Origin: Tubiluchus corallicola
Lineage: Eukaryota > Animalia > Priapulida
Direction: 5' to 3'
Assembly (NCBI GenBank): GCA_030141605.1
Contig: JAQGDQ010000653.1
Span: forward strand, 54,814 to 118,813
DNA: 64,000 nucleotides
A model generated the notes under the pieces. That model made no database searches. It had not been told where the DNA came from and worked only from the letters and a program-made list of their open reading frames with translations. A program made the translations under genes and the position numbers. Of the stretch, positions 63,819 to 64,000 are shown one piece after another. Position 1 is the first letter of the stretch. Each line of letters opens with the position of its first letter.

Positions 63819-64000
63819 TGTTTTTACTATTACTATTACTATTACTGTTACTGTTACTGTTACTGTTACTATTGCTATTGCTATTGCTATTGCTATTGCT
63901 ATTGCTATTGCTATTGCTATTGCTATTGCTATTGCTATTACTATTACTATTACTATTACTATTACTATTACTATTACTATTACTATTACTATTACTATTA
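63738..64000. repeat. Compound microsatellite (TAT)n-(TACTAT)n-(TACTGT)n-(TGCTAT)n-(TACTAT)n
   Basis: Directly visible; runs off the end of the window. Confidence 0.97.

Overview
AT-rich, repeat-dense eukaryotic DNA with spliceosomal GT-AG introns. It is probably from a marine invertebrate such as an ascidian, but the taxon is only inferred from gene and TE content. Host genes: a single-coding-exon four-TM membrane protein (-); a tandem pair of intronless-CDS HSDL2 genes (+), one full length with SCP2 domain and PTS1 and one truncated and diverged; a two-exon Golgi-type galactose-3-O-sulfotransferase-like gene (-); an eight-exon IPNS/DIOX-family 2OG-Fe(II) dioxygenase (-); and a probable first exon of an unidentified gene (+). 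The rest is transposable elements and microsatellites: several LINE fragments, a Penelope relic, piggyBac-, hAT- and Sola-type MITEs with visible TIRs and TSDs, a foldback element, a tRNA-derived SINE, and a four-level nest (LINE > hAT > BEL/Pao > solo LTR). The most notable observations are the patchy near-identity of the two HSDL2 paralogs, an 83-bp copy of sulfotransferase coding sequence inserted 2 kb away, and the adjacency of a reductase, a sulfotransferase and a dioxygenase. All alignments and translations were done by eye; no database searches were run.
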